A DNA stretch of 64,000 nt. Source: the human T2T-CHM13v2.0 reference genome, Homo sapiens. Positions 39,189 through 54,154 of this stretch are shown here, one piece after another; within the stretch, counting starts at the first letter, position 1; every line of letters starts with the position of its first letter. The notes beneath the pieces are model-generated. The model ran no database searches. It had not been told where the DNA came from and saw nothing but the letters and a program-made list of their open reading frames with translations. The stretch is from assembly GCF_009914755.1 (NCBI RefSeq), contig NC_060929.1; one strand, written 5' to 3'. Made by a program: the position numbers and the translations under genes.

Positions 39189-39499
39189 ACTAATGTATCT
39201 AGAGGGAGGATTTCTCCGAGTATGGATAGTGTCAAAAACTTGTGCTTTACTATTTAAGTGACAATAAGGGCAGCAGGTGGAGGGAGAGATTTGATTGCTA
39301 AAATGGGGTTGATGTCAGTTGCACATTTATTGATCCATTTTGTTCTTGTATGACTAGTGATCTTTGCAGAAATTCAGCATTTTTGCAACAGAAATCTGAA
39401 GACTACCTTGTTCAACTACTTTATTTTACATATGATGGAAACTTAGAGGTCCAGACAAAAGTGTCTTGCATAAAGCCTTACAAATAAATTGCTGTTATT

Positions 39500-39890
39500 T
39501 ATTTTAAAAAGTAAACCGTTTATTGAAAAATTATATACATTCAGAAAAGCACAAAAAACTTTCCAAAGTGACTAGATCAGTGCAACTAGCTTCTGGACCA
39601 AGCCATGGAACATTACCAAGCACCCCAGAAATCTCCCTCATGGCCACCTCTGTCACCACCAAGCTCTCCAATCCCAAAGGTAACCACTATTCTACTTAAA
39701 ACACAGCATAATTTCTCCCGTTTTGGTGAATTTTATGTAAATGGAATCACATAGAATCTGTTCTTTTTTATATGGCCTTTTTCACTTAACGTAATATTTA
39801 TAAAATTAATCCACGTGCATGTCGTAATAGTCTGTCCATTTGCATGGCAATACTTTATTCTCATGTGTGAATGTAACTCTATTTACTTTC
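39500..39890 (-). mobile_element. Old L1M 3' fragment
   Basis: GAACATTACCAAGCACCCCAGAAATCTCCCTCATG...GGTAACCACTATTCT...TTTTATGTAAATGGAATCA. Confidence 0.7.
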
Positions 39891-41029
39891 CTGTTGGTTT
39901 GTTTTTAATGACTGGAGATTCCTAGTGCTCATTTTTATGTTTATCCTAATTATATTGGCTCAGGACAGGAATATTTTCTCTAAATCAAACTACAAGGTCA
40001 CTGTTTGAGGTTTAATCCTTAAGTACAACAACCAGGAAACAAGAGTATATATCACCACTGATTATCTGCTGTAGCAACTCCTTTTTTCTTTGGCCCTACT
40101 TTCTCTGACTATTGAGAAACTAGTTGAACAAGAGTCAGATAACATTTCCCCTCTTCCTTTTTCTTCTTCATTATGGAATTGTGCTATGAAGAATGGATTT
40201 ACCATTTGGGTTTTGAACGATTCCTGCTGAAGTGGTTCATCTGGAGCAGTGACTTTCCTTGTTCATTCTTCCCAGATCCTCTGGGAGAATCCAGATGGTT
40301 CTTGCGTTTTTAGTGAATGAACACTTGCTGTCTTGCATAAACTAATTGTCTAAAACTGCCCACATGCTTACCATCTGAAGTGGTGCTGTCTGCCATAGGT
40401 GTCAGGTTATCTTTCAGATGACTTTAAGAAAGAAGGCATTTTAGCCCGAAATCATGGCATCAAAATGTGTCTCTCCTGGTTAGCTAAAATTGACAGTTTT
40501 TAAACCCCTTTATATTAAAAATACAATTCATCAGTCTGAAAAAGAGAATCTAATTATTTAACTGTCAGCAGTTTTCCCCATGGAAAATAAACCTTAAGTG
40601 TTTACATGTAACTTAGCTAGATTTTAACCAATTTACTTATTTAACCAAGTATTAAAAAAATCTATACCATACCTTGTAAGTTCTTCTAAACTCTTTTTGT
40701 TTCCATTGATTTTGATTAAACAGGTAATTGGCCATTGATCAATAGGCACAATTCTGATGAGCTGGTTTGGCTGAGCTCCGGGAAGAGGGAAGCCAGAGGT
40801 TTGCTGACACTCCAATCTATCTTCGATGAATGCAAGCTGGCTAATAAATATTTAATGGGCAGTTGTTTGCAGTTTAATAGAATTAGATAATTCTATTAGA
40901 ATCCTGTTTGGAGACCCACAGGTATCATATATCACAGTTGAAGACATGGTTAATAATTTAAGCTAAGTGACTAGTAATTAGAGAGTCAGATTAAGCAGGA
41001 ACTTTTGGTTTTAAGCCACTTGGGAATTG

Positions 41030-41037
41030 GTGTGTGT

Positions 41038-41069
<32 letters not shown>
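41030..41069. repeat. (TG)n microsatellite
   Basis: Read directly. Confidence 0.95.
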
Positions 41070-41077
<8 letters not shown>

Positions 41078-41949
41078 ATGCAACAGAGTTTGCGTCTGTG
41101 AGAGCAAAAGAGAACAAGAGAGTACAAGTGAGAGTGACAGTGAGTGAGCGAGAAAGAGAAACTAGATAGGATTTTAGCCTATAAACCATTACCCGGATTA
41201 GCTAATGCAGCAAGTCTGGGCCAAGCCTTAAACGTGATAACAAAGCATGAAGCCCCTGGGGTTTCTTTAGTATCTCATCCCCTCAGTTAATGAGATGGAA
41301 AATAGTTCACTGTTTATCTACAGTAGATTGAGCAGATGTTGCCAATTCCATTTTATGGAATGTAATCTTGGTGAGATTGTCTTCTGCCCATTACCTTTTC
41401 CTGGCCTTAGTCTCTCCCATACTCTTCTTGTTCCGGGGGTTGCAGATACCCTCTTGGCCATGGACTAGCTGGAAAAACTTCCAAGGAAGGACTTAATGGC
41501 CTTTTCAAGTTCAAAACAGTCACTTCTAATAGGGTGAAGCTGGTTGGTTGACAAAGATTTGCAAACAGCTCCAAAAATGTGAAGACTGTTGACTCTAAGG
41601 ACTCCCCTCAAATTACTGTTTATGAAACTCTTCCAGTTTGGGATTTTATTTCATTGGTTTCATTTGCCTCTTTTATATTTCAGTATTCTACAAATATATT
41701 ATAATTAGAGCATTGTGTCTAAGAAATGTAGTATGATTCTCATTTTAGTAAACCATTTCAATTATCCAGAACCATTAGGAAATTTGTATTTTCCTAAATT
41801 GTGATATCAGGAGAAAATGGCTAATTTACAAGCAACAAGATAGTACAGATAGAGTTTAAGGAAGGAAACAAGCCAGCTTAGGAAATGGCCTGTAGATTTG
41901 ATAGGACTTACCTTTGCCTATAAGCTTTATAGGACTTACCTTTGCCTAT

Positions 41950-42350
41950 AGCAGAAAGCTGGGCTTATAATGGGCATAAATATGTAAAGGCTTGTTTTTT
42001 ATCATGCAAAAATGTCTACGGGTATGGGGGTATGTGGTATTTGATATTAGATCAGCGGTGCAAGGATGACAGGGTTGAAGTCTCTGTGATTCTCTTGACT
42101 TTTTTTCTTTATGTCTTAAGATGGCTGCTGCTACTCCAACCATCATGTTTGCATTCCAGGCAGGAACTTTCAGAAAGGGATAATGTTTCCCAGAAATTCT
42201 CAAGAGACATCTGCTTATTTCTCATTGACCCTTAGCTACAAGGGTCTCAGAAAACTCTATTTTTATCTATCCAGCCTCTATAAGAGAGGAAGGAGAGGGA
42301 AAGAAAACTGGAATAAGTGTTGAGTGAGCCAACCTACAATATTTGCCATA
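41950..42350 (-). mobile_element. MLT1-type LTR fragment
   Basis: AAGATGGCTGCTGCTACTCCAACCATCATG...TTCCAGGCAGGAA...GTGAGCCAACCTACAATATTTGCCA. Confidence 0.65.
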
Positions 42351-42576
42351 TTCTTTAAGGAAATTTTCTTATTTTGTAGTAAGTATTGACTTAAGTCTCT
42401 CTTACCAGAATGTAAGCCCTTTATGATTTCTTTAGGCTCAGTATTCTAAATGGCAATTAGGAACCCTTGCACTATGGCATATAGAAGTACTTGACAAATT
42501 ATGCTACAGTCTTGACAGGAGGCCGTAGAAAAGGGAAGAATTACTCAGAGAGGAGGAAGTCAGAGACAAAATGCTA

Positions 42577-42948
<372 letters not shown>

Positions 42949-43037
42949 TCATAAATAAATATTAGCAATGAAATCTCTCCCTCCATCCCCTGCCCTTATC
43001 TTCACTTAAATAGTAAAGCACAAGTTTTTTGATATAT

Positions 43038-43038
43038 A

Positions 43039-43087
<49 letters not shown>

Positions 43088-43091
43088 GTGT
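43038..43091. repeat. (TGTATG)n hexamer microsatellite
   Basis: Read directly. Confidence 0.93.
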
Positions 43092-45417
43092 GACTGGTAT
43101 TATTCTATCTTGTGGCTGGTGTTAATTCTCTCTTGTCCTCAACAGATTTGTAGGAAACGGTGACAGAAATTTCCAGAAATGCTTGTGGCCATGATAACAG
43201 CCCAGACAATAACAATTTAAGGTTTGCTGTATGATTTGTTCTTTTTGGGTTTTTTGAATAGTACAAAGAAAGTTCAGACTCACCTAATGTTTATTGAGAT
43301 CATCATGCTTAGCACATGTAAAAACATTGACTCAATTAGCATTCAAAATAATCCTGTGTGAGGGTGGTCATATTCTCTAAATAGCATCACCCTTAGCATC
43401 TTTTTGTTGTCTCTCACATCTGCTTTCCAAATCATTCTGGCTCTACCTTTGGAATACATCTGAGTCTGATCACTTCTTAGTTCCACCACCAGTACCTTAG
43501 CCTAAATCACTGTCATTATTTGCATAGACTACTTCAAGTGCCTACCGAATTATGTTTTTGCTTTCCTTCTGCACCTGCCCCTCTACCAAGTTCATAATCA
43601 TTTTCCTACAGAGAAGACAGAGTGAAAACATGTGACGCAGTTAGTATATGAACATATTTTATGGCTCCTGGTATCCAATGTATGTAGATAGTGAAGGAGG
43701 AAGAAGGTTTGCAAGAAAAGTACCCATTGTGACAGCTCTCTGGGGGAACATGGTCATATGGGGGCAGGGGTCCACATGGTGTTCCTAAAGATCTTAGAGA
43801 AACCTAGTAGTCATAGGACAAAGAAAACACCACAGGCCCCCCAGCCCCATAAAGAAAAAAAAGCACGGAGGGAGATTGAAAAGGACGGGAGAATTTAGCC
43901 AGTAGCCAGCCGGCTCCTTTGCAAGTTGTACACACTCCTCAATACAATGTGTTGACTTTGTACAAGGAGGCTGAGGTGCTGCTATCCATTCAGAAGACGC
44001 TGGTGTGCAATGAAAGCAGAACAGCAGGAGCTGTACAGTGGAGAGGACTCTTTTGATTTGTAGCTCCTTTTGTTGCATTCCTTTTGAGTTTTCTTGGTTC
44101 TGTGGTTTGGACCTCCACAGACCTAGAAAAGTTCAGAAACTTGAAAGGGAAAAAAGCCTTTCCTCCCCAGGGCTGGCTCTTCCACTTTCATCTGTGTCAG
44201 CTGTTCATGCCTCACAAAGATGGTGCTAAACGGAACTCTCTGCAACCTCTGGGTAGCTGGGAGTCCTTGTGAGATGTTATGTTCTGGGAATAATGGAGTC
44301 TTGTTACTACAGGCTGTTAACACACACCCTTCCATTGTTGAGAACAACATCCAGGCAGCCACAAAGCACATGGCTTCCAGTAGAATCCTAGGCTCGAGGA
44401 TCTCTTGGGGAGTTTGGTTCTGTGAAAGGAACATAGAAACCCCAGGCCATTACTTCTAAGAGCTGTTTTTCTCTTTTTTTTTTTTCCTGAGTAAGTTGTT
44501 TAATTTTATCTTTATGTTTGGCAGCACAAAGAGTTTAAGGTAGCTGGTTGTAACAAATCGCCAAGTACAAGTGATTTCAGGGAATTTGCTTTGTAATATG
44601 GTTATATTATCTTCTTTGAAGGAATGATAAATATCTTTATCTACACAATAGGTTAGATTCTGGAATTTTCTATGATATCATTCTACCTTGATTCTCATGG
44701 AGAATAAATATACGGAATATGTTCTAATATGCCACTATCACCTGTGTATGTAGGCATTGTTCTTCAGTCATGACGTTCTTTCCTGCTAAGCCTTGATGTG
44801 GCTGCCAAAACATTGTCAAAGAAGGTTCTAGGGAGTCATTCAATTGATTGAGATTTGTGCTTCAATGAAAAGATTGTCTAGGGGCAAAAATTCCCTTCAG
44901 GTGATTCTAAGATCATTTTTGCAAAGACTTCTCTTAAAGGCCAGACACTCATTTGCTTACTTCCAAGATAAGAAAAGCAAATATGAAGTTTCATAAAAAG
45001 TTTTAAATAAGCATGGGATAAGAGGTCTGGTGAATTTGGAAGAGAGAGATGTGTTTAATTTGTATTAGGTGTTTTTGTCTGCTAGGCTGATTATATAAAA
45101 AAAGCTACTTTAGCAAATCAATTATAGTTAGAATGACAGGGTACAATGGTAATAGTTGAGACAAGCGTCATTAGGCATTTGTGAGTGTGGCTTTTTTCTT
45201 CTCAAAGGTCTGCCTGGGTCACTGGAATAACTGTGAATTTGAGTCAAGGACCTGAGTAAGGAGGGGAAGGCTCATTTATCATCAGAGAAGGGCAAGACAA
45301 CTGTCATCACTCCATTTGACTCCAGCTGTGAAGTGAACAGCTTATTTTGTTTTGATGATGATTTGAGAGACTCATCAATAAAATCACCAATACTCTTTTC
45401 AGTGCTGCAATCTGTCA

Positions 45418-45444
45418 GTGTGTGTGTGTGTGTGTGTGTGTGTG
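45418..45444. repeat. (GT)n microsatellite
   Basis: Read directly. Confidence 0.93.
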
Positions 45445-45960
45445 TACATGTACATACACGTGCTTATTTCAAGGAAAAAGGGAGACAGCAGGAAACAGAT
45501 TTACCTTTACATATATATGTATATTTACACACGATTTCCCATTCTCCATTCACTGATGGTAGGGACGCATCTCAGAATCTCCAGCTGGTCCATCATTGTC
45601 CCTGATGGTTAGCATATTGAGCTTATTTTGCAGCTTTATTGCTCAAATGTGCTGCGGTTGCCTACTGTGCTACTCATATAACCAAGCCCAGAGGATTCTT
45701 TGGAGGAAACAGTGATTAACTGCAAGAAATGGACTGAGTAGACTGTCATCAATCTCTTTCCTTTATTTTCAAGAGCTCATTTCTTGAAACTTAATCATTT
45801 CGAAGACTCTAAGTTCCTTGTAATGATTTCCTGGGTACTTACTAAGCTAATACACACTCAGCACTTAACGATGTGTGAGGCACTGTGCTAAGCTTCTCTC
45901 TTTCATGGATTCATTTAATCCCCACAACTACACAGTGGGGTAGGTTCTATTATTGTTTCC

Positions 45961-46745
45961 TGTATTAGTTAATGCAGACTTAGTGTTCTAACAAATAGAC
46001 TCAAAATAAAGAATGGCTCAGATACCGCAGAATTTTCTTCCTTGCTCACATAACAGCACTGTGTAGGTGAAAAACTTAGAGAGTGAGCCGCATCCCCACA
46101 ACTATTCAGGAACCTGGACTGATGGGGGCTTTGCATCTTCAACACATAGTTTTTTAGATGATCTTGAGGGATCATCTCCATTCCAACCAACTATTAAGGT
46201 GAAAAGAATATAGATAGAGTACTATCCAGGAGGTTTTTATGTGGCAGATCTGGAAGTTGCAGTCATTAATTTTGTTCACATGTATCACAAAGCTGCCATG
46301 AATGGTAAAGGTAACTGGGAAATGTAGTCCCTGGCTGGCCAATGACTCCCCTGAGACAACTCTACACTATGGGGAAAGTCTAACAGGTTTTTGGTGATCT
46401 GCTAGCCATCTTTGCCCTAGTCTGTCCTTCTGGCTACCAAATTGCTAAGAGTACTTTTCTTCTCATATTATTTTCTAAGAAAGGCAATCTAGATTTCCAT
46501 TAGTTATCATATCCAGGTCAAGGCTCTCTGGGTAATGCACTGCCCTACATCAAGTGTGGATAGATGTGATTCCTTGTGTCTTGCAACAGATGACCTGAAA
46601 GCTGAGTTATTTTCCTTCCTCTCACCATACACCCAATAAATAACGACATTAGGACAACACACATAGAAGCTCCATCCTGGAGAATGAAAGCATGGGAAAC
46701 TCACAGCTATCACTGATCTATAACAATGATGAATCATTTCTAGCT
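45961..46745 (-). mobile_element. LTR33-like ERVL LTR (about 45961-46418) with adjoining internal-type sequence
   Basis: TGTATTAGTTAA...CTAACAAATAGAC...CAGGAACCTGGACTGATGG...CTGGGAAATGTAGTCC...GCTAGCCATCTTTGCC. Confidence 0.7.
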
Positions 46746-46814
46746 TAGTATATGGTGAACTTTTCAAAAAAAGCCTTATGGACATCTGAATAGAATGCAT
46801 CTTCTCTGTTTGAT

Positions 46815-46985
46815 TCATATATATACACACATACATATATGTATAAAATATATATTTTGTATATTGAATTCATGTGTATATATAGTTGTATCTCTATAAA
46901 TGTAATATTCACACTTATACATATATGAAGAGAGAATACATAATAATGAATGTATAATAGTGGATGAATCTTATTATTCAAATTA
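46815..46985. repeat. AT-rich (TA)-like low-complexity tract
   Basis: Read directly. Confidence 0.8.
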
Positions 46986-47021
46986 TATCTTTAATTTTTT
47001 AAAAGTCAAAAAATTTTAAAA

Positions 47022-47144
47022 ATTTTTTTGTAGTGATGGGGTCTCACTCTGTTGGCCAGGCTGGTCTCAAACTCCTGGGCTCATATAATTCTCCTGCCTT
47101 GGCCTCCCAAAGTGTTGGGATACAGATGTGAGTCATGACACTCA
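47022..47144 (-). mobile_element. FLAM_C / Alu left monomer
   Basis: Single arm GTAGTGATGGGGTCTCACTCTGTTGGCCAGGCTGGTCTCAAACTCCTGGGCTCA. Confidence 0.85.
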
Positions 47145-47395
47145 CTTTTTAATACATTTTAAACCTTTTTCTTACCTGAAATAAAAGATAGAGAAAAGTC
47201 TTTAAAACATATATACAACTTAACATAGTAATAAAGTAACCGTCAATACAGTCATCATGTAGATCTAGAAATAACCTTTCAGCAAGGCTGAAATCCCCCA
47301 GCCCCATTGCATCCTTATGACAACTTGTTCTATTACTGCTTATAGTAACTATTGTCGTGACTTCATGGAATTCAAATCTTGATTTTTCTATGTAG

Positions 47396-47721
<326 letters not shown>

Positions 47722-48051
47722 GCATTAATATACATACTTTTAATCTGTCTGTTTTTGAATTTTATACAAATGGACTCATACCATGTGCATTTTTGGTGTC
47801 TTTTCTCATTAAACACTGTAGTATTTGTTGAATAGTGCTGTAGTTTACTTATTTTCATTTATGATTTGGAAGTGCTTATCTCTTATTCTAGCTGGTTACA
47901 TTTTTAAGCCTTGCATTTTCAGGAAATATATTTAATCCTATGGTCTGCCACTTTGCCAAAAATTAATCGACAATGATTATTCTGTATTAACTATAAGACA
48001 TTTTGATTTTTTTTCACTTACCTCTGCTTTTTTCAGTTTTAGAGTTATAAC

Positions 48052-48288
48052 TTTAGATGATCTTGAGGGACCATCTCCACTCCAACCACTGTCAAGGTGA
48101 AAAGAATATAGATACAGTACTATCTGGGAGGTTTTATGTGGCAGACCTGGAAGTTGCTGTCATCAATTTTGTTCACATTTGTCACATGGCTGCCACGAAT
48201 GGTAAGGGTAACTGGGAAATGTAGTCCCTGGCTGGCCAGCGACTTCCCTGAGACTTTCCCTGCGGAAAGTCTAACAGGTTTTTGGTGA
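48052..48288 (+). repeat. Local direct copy of 46153-46397 (LTR segment)
   Basis: About 88% identical by eye over ~240 bp; interrupts an L1 3' end. Confidence 0.95.
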
Positions 48289-48900
48289 ACTTGCATACAA
48301 TAAAATACACAAATTTTAAGTGCATAGCTCAGCGAATTCTTACAAATGTATGTTTCTGCGTAACCACCATCAGAATCAGGTTATAGAACTTCCTTGCACT
48401 CCAAAAGGCTTTCTCATGCCCTTCCCAGTCAATATCCACCTTCCACAGATATTTACTATTCTGATTTCTATTATTATAAATTAACTTTCCCTGTTCATGA
48501 GCTATACATAAATGAAATCACACAGTACATTCTTTTTGTGTTTGTCTTTTACTCATCAATATATTTTGGATGTAACAGGATTTTTTTTTATCGCTGTGCA
48601 ATTTTTCATTGTATGCATATATCACAACTGGTTTACTCATTGTGTATTATAATGAATAAAACTGCTATGAACAGTCTTGAACATGTCTCTTTATGGCTAT
48701 ATATACTTATTTATCGTGGAAATATGCAAATACATGGAATGCCTGGCTAACAGGGCAGCTGTATATTGAACTTTATCAGAACTGTCAGATAGTTTTGAAG
48801 AGTGCTTGTAAGAATTCACACTCCAAGCGGCAATGCCTAAGAATTCCAGTTGCTTCATTCATATAATCACCAACACATAGTATTGTCAGTCTTTAAAAAA
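48289..48900 (-). mobile_element. L1MB/MC-like 3' fragment
   Basis: CATACAATAAAATACACAAATTTTAAGTG...AATAAAACTGCTATGAACAGTCTTG. Confidence 0.8.
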
Positions 48901-48907
48901 TTTTAAT

Positions 48908-49067
48908 CAGGGGTGACTAACTTTTTTGTAACTGGACAGATAGTAAATATTTTAGGCTTTATGGACCATAAGCCTGATGCAACTACTCAACTCTGCCATT
49001 GTAGTACAAAAAGCAGCCTCTGACAATATACAAACAAGTGTGCACAGTTGTGTTTGCCAACCACTGG
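48908..49067. mobile_element. MER58A-like hAT fossil
   Basis: CAGGGG...CAGATAGTAAATATTTTAGGCTTT...CAACTACTCAACTCTGCCATTGTAG...TTTGCCAACCACTG. Confidence 0.8.
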
Positions 49068-49074
49068 TCTAAAA

Positions 49075-49673
<599 letters not shown>

Positions 49674-49792
49674 TCATCCATTTCTTCTCGAACTCATGGT
49701 AGACAGATACTGGCTCTCAAAGATCTATCTTCCATGACTATTGTCACTTCTCTTACAATTTCTACCTCTTAGTCCATTTGATAGATTTCTGA

Positions 49793-50148
<356 letters not shown>

Positions 50149-50420
50149 TTATTTGTTGTTCTTTTAAAAAATCCTAGCAATTGTATTTTTAATTTTCCGA
50201 TTCTGGTTACTGCTTTTCACAGTGTCTACTGTTTTGTAGCTGTAATGTCTATCAAGTATTTAAATTTCCATTCAATATTGTTCATCAGCCCTGTCTACAG
50301 GCATTGAATATTTTCTTTTTGGCCTAAGGTCTCTTTAATATTGTTAGTTCTTTCTCATAAGTTTTGTTATTTTGGGGCTTTTGCTTATATTTGTAAATTT
50401 CCATCTGGAATAAGTACTAG

Positions 50421-50767
<347 letters not shown>

Positions 50768-51215
50768 GATGTTCTTTAGATAGATAATTCAGTTATGATT
50801 ACAAGACCTCTGGCTCTATAGCTATGCAGGGCAGAGGAATAGAGAAACATTTTTCTTTAGGTGCATGAGTGGCTTGACTGTGGGATGCTAGGAGTTTCAT
50901 GCAACATATCCAGTGTTCCAGTGCTCACTTGAGTTGTCTTTTGGGGGCATATCTTCCAGTTTATTTGGTGGTGTATTTGAAGCTTGTCCTTCAAAACGTA
51001 TTGAAGTCAATTTGAAAGCAGGGACCAATACAGTTATTCTCCAGCCCTTTAATGAATTTTCTCACTGATGATCACGCAATTTGGGGTCTCTTCCAGGGCT
51101 CGTCCACTCTTCCTGATTTTCTTATTTGGAGATTATTCTGTAGTTTTGTTGGTCTTCTTTTTTGACGGCATGAAGTTGTATGTTCCTCAGTTCTTTAGGA
51201 GTTCACTGTCGATCA

Positions 51216-51529
51216 TTTTTTTCGTTTTTCTTTTTTCTTTTTTTTTTGACATAGAGTCTTGTGCTGTTGCCCAGGCTGAAGTGCAGTGGTGTGATCTTGG
51301 CTCACTGCAACCTCCTCCTCCCAGGCTCAAGGGATTCTCATGCCTCAGTTTCCCAAGTAGCTAGGACTATAGGCGTGCACCACCACATCTGGCTAACTTT
51401 TGTAGTGTCAGTAGAGACAGAGTTTCATCATGTTGGCCAGGCTTGTCTTGCACTCCTGGCCTCAAGTGATCCACCTGCCTCAGCCTCCCAAAGTGCTGGG
51501 ATTACAGGTGTGAGCCGCCACGCCCAGCC
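51216..51529 (-). mobile_element. Alu (Jb/Sz-like)
   Basis: TSD CACTGTC(G/A)ATC at 51204-51214 and 51530-51540. Confidence 0.94.
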
Positions 51530-53857
51530 CACTGTCAATCTTATGTCACATGTTTTTCAGCTTCCCGAAGTTTCTTAATGATTGGGTTGGTTAATGCATC
51601 CTCAGTGTTAGCTATCCTGAAGTAGGATCGCCTCTATCAGCTGAATTTTGTGTCAGAGCTGTTGGTGAATGAGCCAAGAATCTCAACAGGGTTCTTGGAA
51701 CATACCAAAACTTTGAAAGCAAGGTCCTTTTTATGTTTCAATAACTTGTTTAAAAACCTTCCAGCAAAATGTTTCATTTTGCTGGAACCTTTCAGAAGGA
51801 TAGTTTTCTGGTAAACTTGGGAGGTATATATCTAGAGTCTGGTATAGGAGGCATCATGGGACTGCCAAGGGAGCCAGTTCCATGCCAGCTAATGCCTGGA
51901 GAAACAGAATCAAATAACCAAGTGGAAGATGGAGGAGGTTTTGTATTTGAATTTATTACATTGTATTGTGTTTTGTTTGCTTTTATTTAAAATTAAACTC
52001 ATCGACTGATTTTTAAATTGACTTTTGGCATTTTAAAAATATGTAGAGGAACAAAGCTGGGAATCTAACTATTGTTTGGATTCATTAAGAATTACTCTAT
52101 TAAAGCTATTATTTCATTTGAAGTTTTTAAAATTAGGTTTATTGTTAAAAATAGGTTTGTTTTTCTTATTACAAAAATAATATGTGCCCATGGTAAAAAT
52201 TTTTGGAAAATGCAGATAAATAAAAATAATTTAATCCACCTATCCAGAGATAACTACTGATAACGTTAAAAAATATATATTTTTAGCCCTTTTTCTCCCA
52301 CGTGTGAATTAGGCTTAATAGAAATTGGGTAACTTACTGTCACATGGTAAATGGTGAAGCCATGCTATAAAACAAGGCACACTTACTCCAGAACCTTTGC
52401 TTTTAAACACTGCAGTGTATACTTGGCCTTATGGATCAATTCCTGGCCCTAGGAAGTCCTGGAAGATGTAGGATTATAGCAGTTGGTAGCCATCAGCAAG
52501 AAGCGGAGTGAGGAGGTTGATGACTGTGAAGCATTCTGTTAGGTCCCAAGGGGAGAGTTGCTTTTCGGGGGGTTTGTTTCTCTTAGTTTCCCCAAAGGCC
52601 TGCTCTTGTTGATGACTCATATCTTATTGGCTCTCAAATTCTACTCTCTTCCAGGTATCCTACAGAGCAGACTCATTATGTTTAGTTGTTTTATTTTTTT
52701 AATAGAAACTCTGCACTGTTGAACTCCATAGCAAAACAAAAAAACTCACATGGATTCTAATCTTGTAATTATCAATTTGGGTGCAGTTTTCTCCTTGAGA
52801 TTGGGCAAAGGTAGAGGAGGCATGGTGCATGCCACAACCTTCTTTATTATCCTTGAATTTACTCCTCTTTTTGGCAGGCTCATAGAAGTTAGCAAGGACC
52901 CAGAGAACTGAGTTGCCATAACATCTCTCTAAGACCTGCTTCAGGCAGTGCATTTCAGCAAGGAGCAGACCATGGAGGATCACAGGGATCTGAATTTGCA
53001 GGAGATGGTCCAAATTCTTGGCTCCAAGTATAAAATACTGATTTCCCAACTCCTCTACCCAGGGCTTTCTTGCTCTGAGGCCAGGCTGGCACTGTTTGCA
53101 TAAAGCACTGTTCCATTTGAAAACAGCTGTGCCTAGAAGCAGATGAGAGCCGACGAAGTAGGGATCATAAGTCAGCAGAACTGTGCTACAAAGACATTTT
53201 CTGTTGCTGCTTTTGGTGGATGCTGACTAGGAAATCAGACACTCCATAATCAACAGAACTTTACATCGTGCATTTTAGAAGCTAAAAATCCTAGATAAGA
53301 GATCCTTAATGGTTTACTCCCCAGGACAAAAGCTGCAGCTCATAGATTCTGTGTTTTCTGGCATTAATGTTATGATCTCACTGAAATGAACATTATCAGA
53401 ACTCCTTTTAAATAGTCTTTTTGAAGTTTGCTAACTTATGGTTATAAGACGTGCGTTTTCCCTCCCCGATGAATGTCAGTTGGTATCATCTTCCCTGCTT
53501 GACTGACATAAGCTTTCTTAACCTGCTGTCCTTGAGATAAATCTTGGTGGGGAACTTAGTTATACTCAGCTACAAAAGAGACGCTATCATTTTGATGTGT
53601 TATGGAACTGAGGAGTGATAGTTCCTATCACTGGGCTGGTGAACACTCTCCTGCTTCCTTTACTGTAGTTGTTATAAATGATGTGTTTGGGGGGTTTCGT
53701 TTTAGTTTATTTTTACATTTATGAGTCTGTGGTCTTTCTCACAACAAAGTCCAGCTGTTCCTGCTTGCCTCATCACTCCTAAGTGTGGTATAACAGAATT
53801 TGAATAAGAAATGTAAGGCAAACAAGAGTTTGTGATTTTATTAGAAATGCTGGATAA

Positions 53858-54154
<297 letters not shown>

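Noticed and set aside
38686-39261. K/E/R-rich and F/L/S-rich ORFs
   Set aside because: They arise from the polypyrimidine simple repeat
47168-47198. Minus-strand CTTTTCTCTATCTTTTATTTCAG/GTAAGA, a textbook recursive-splice motif
   Set aside because: It is opposite to the inferred host strand and sits at the edge of an old L1-like fragment; revisit only if a minus-strand transcript spans the window
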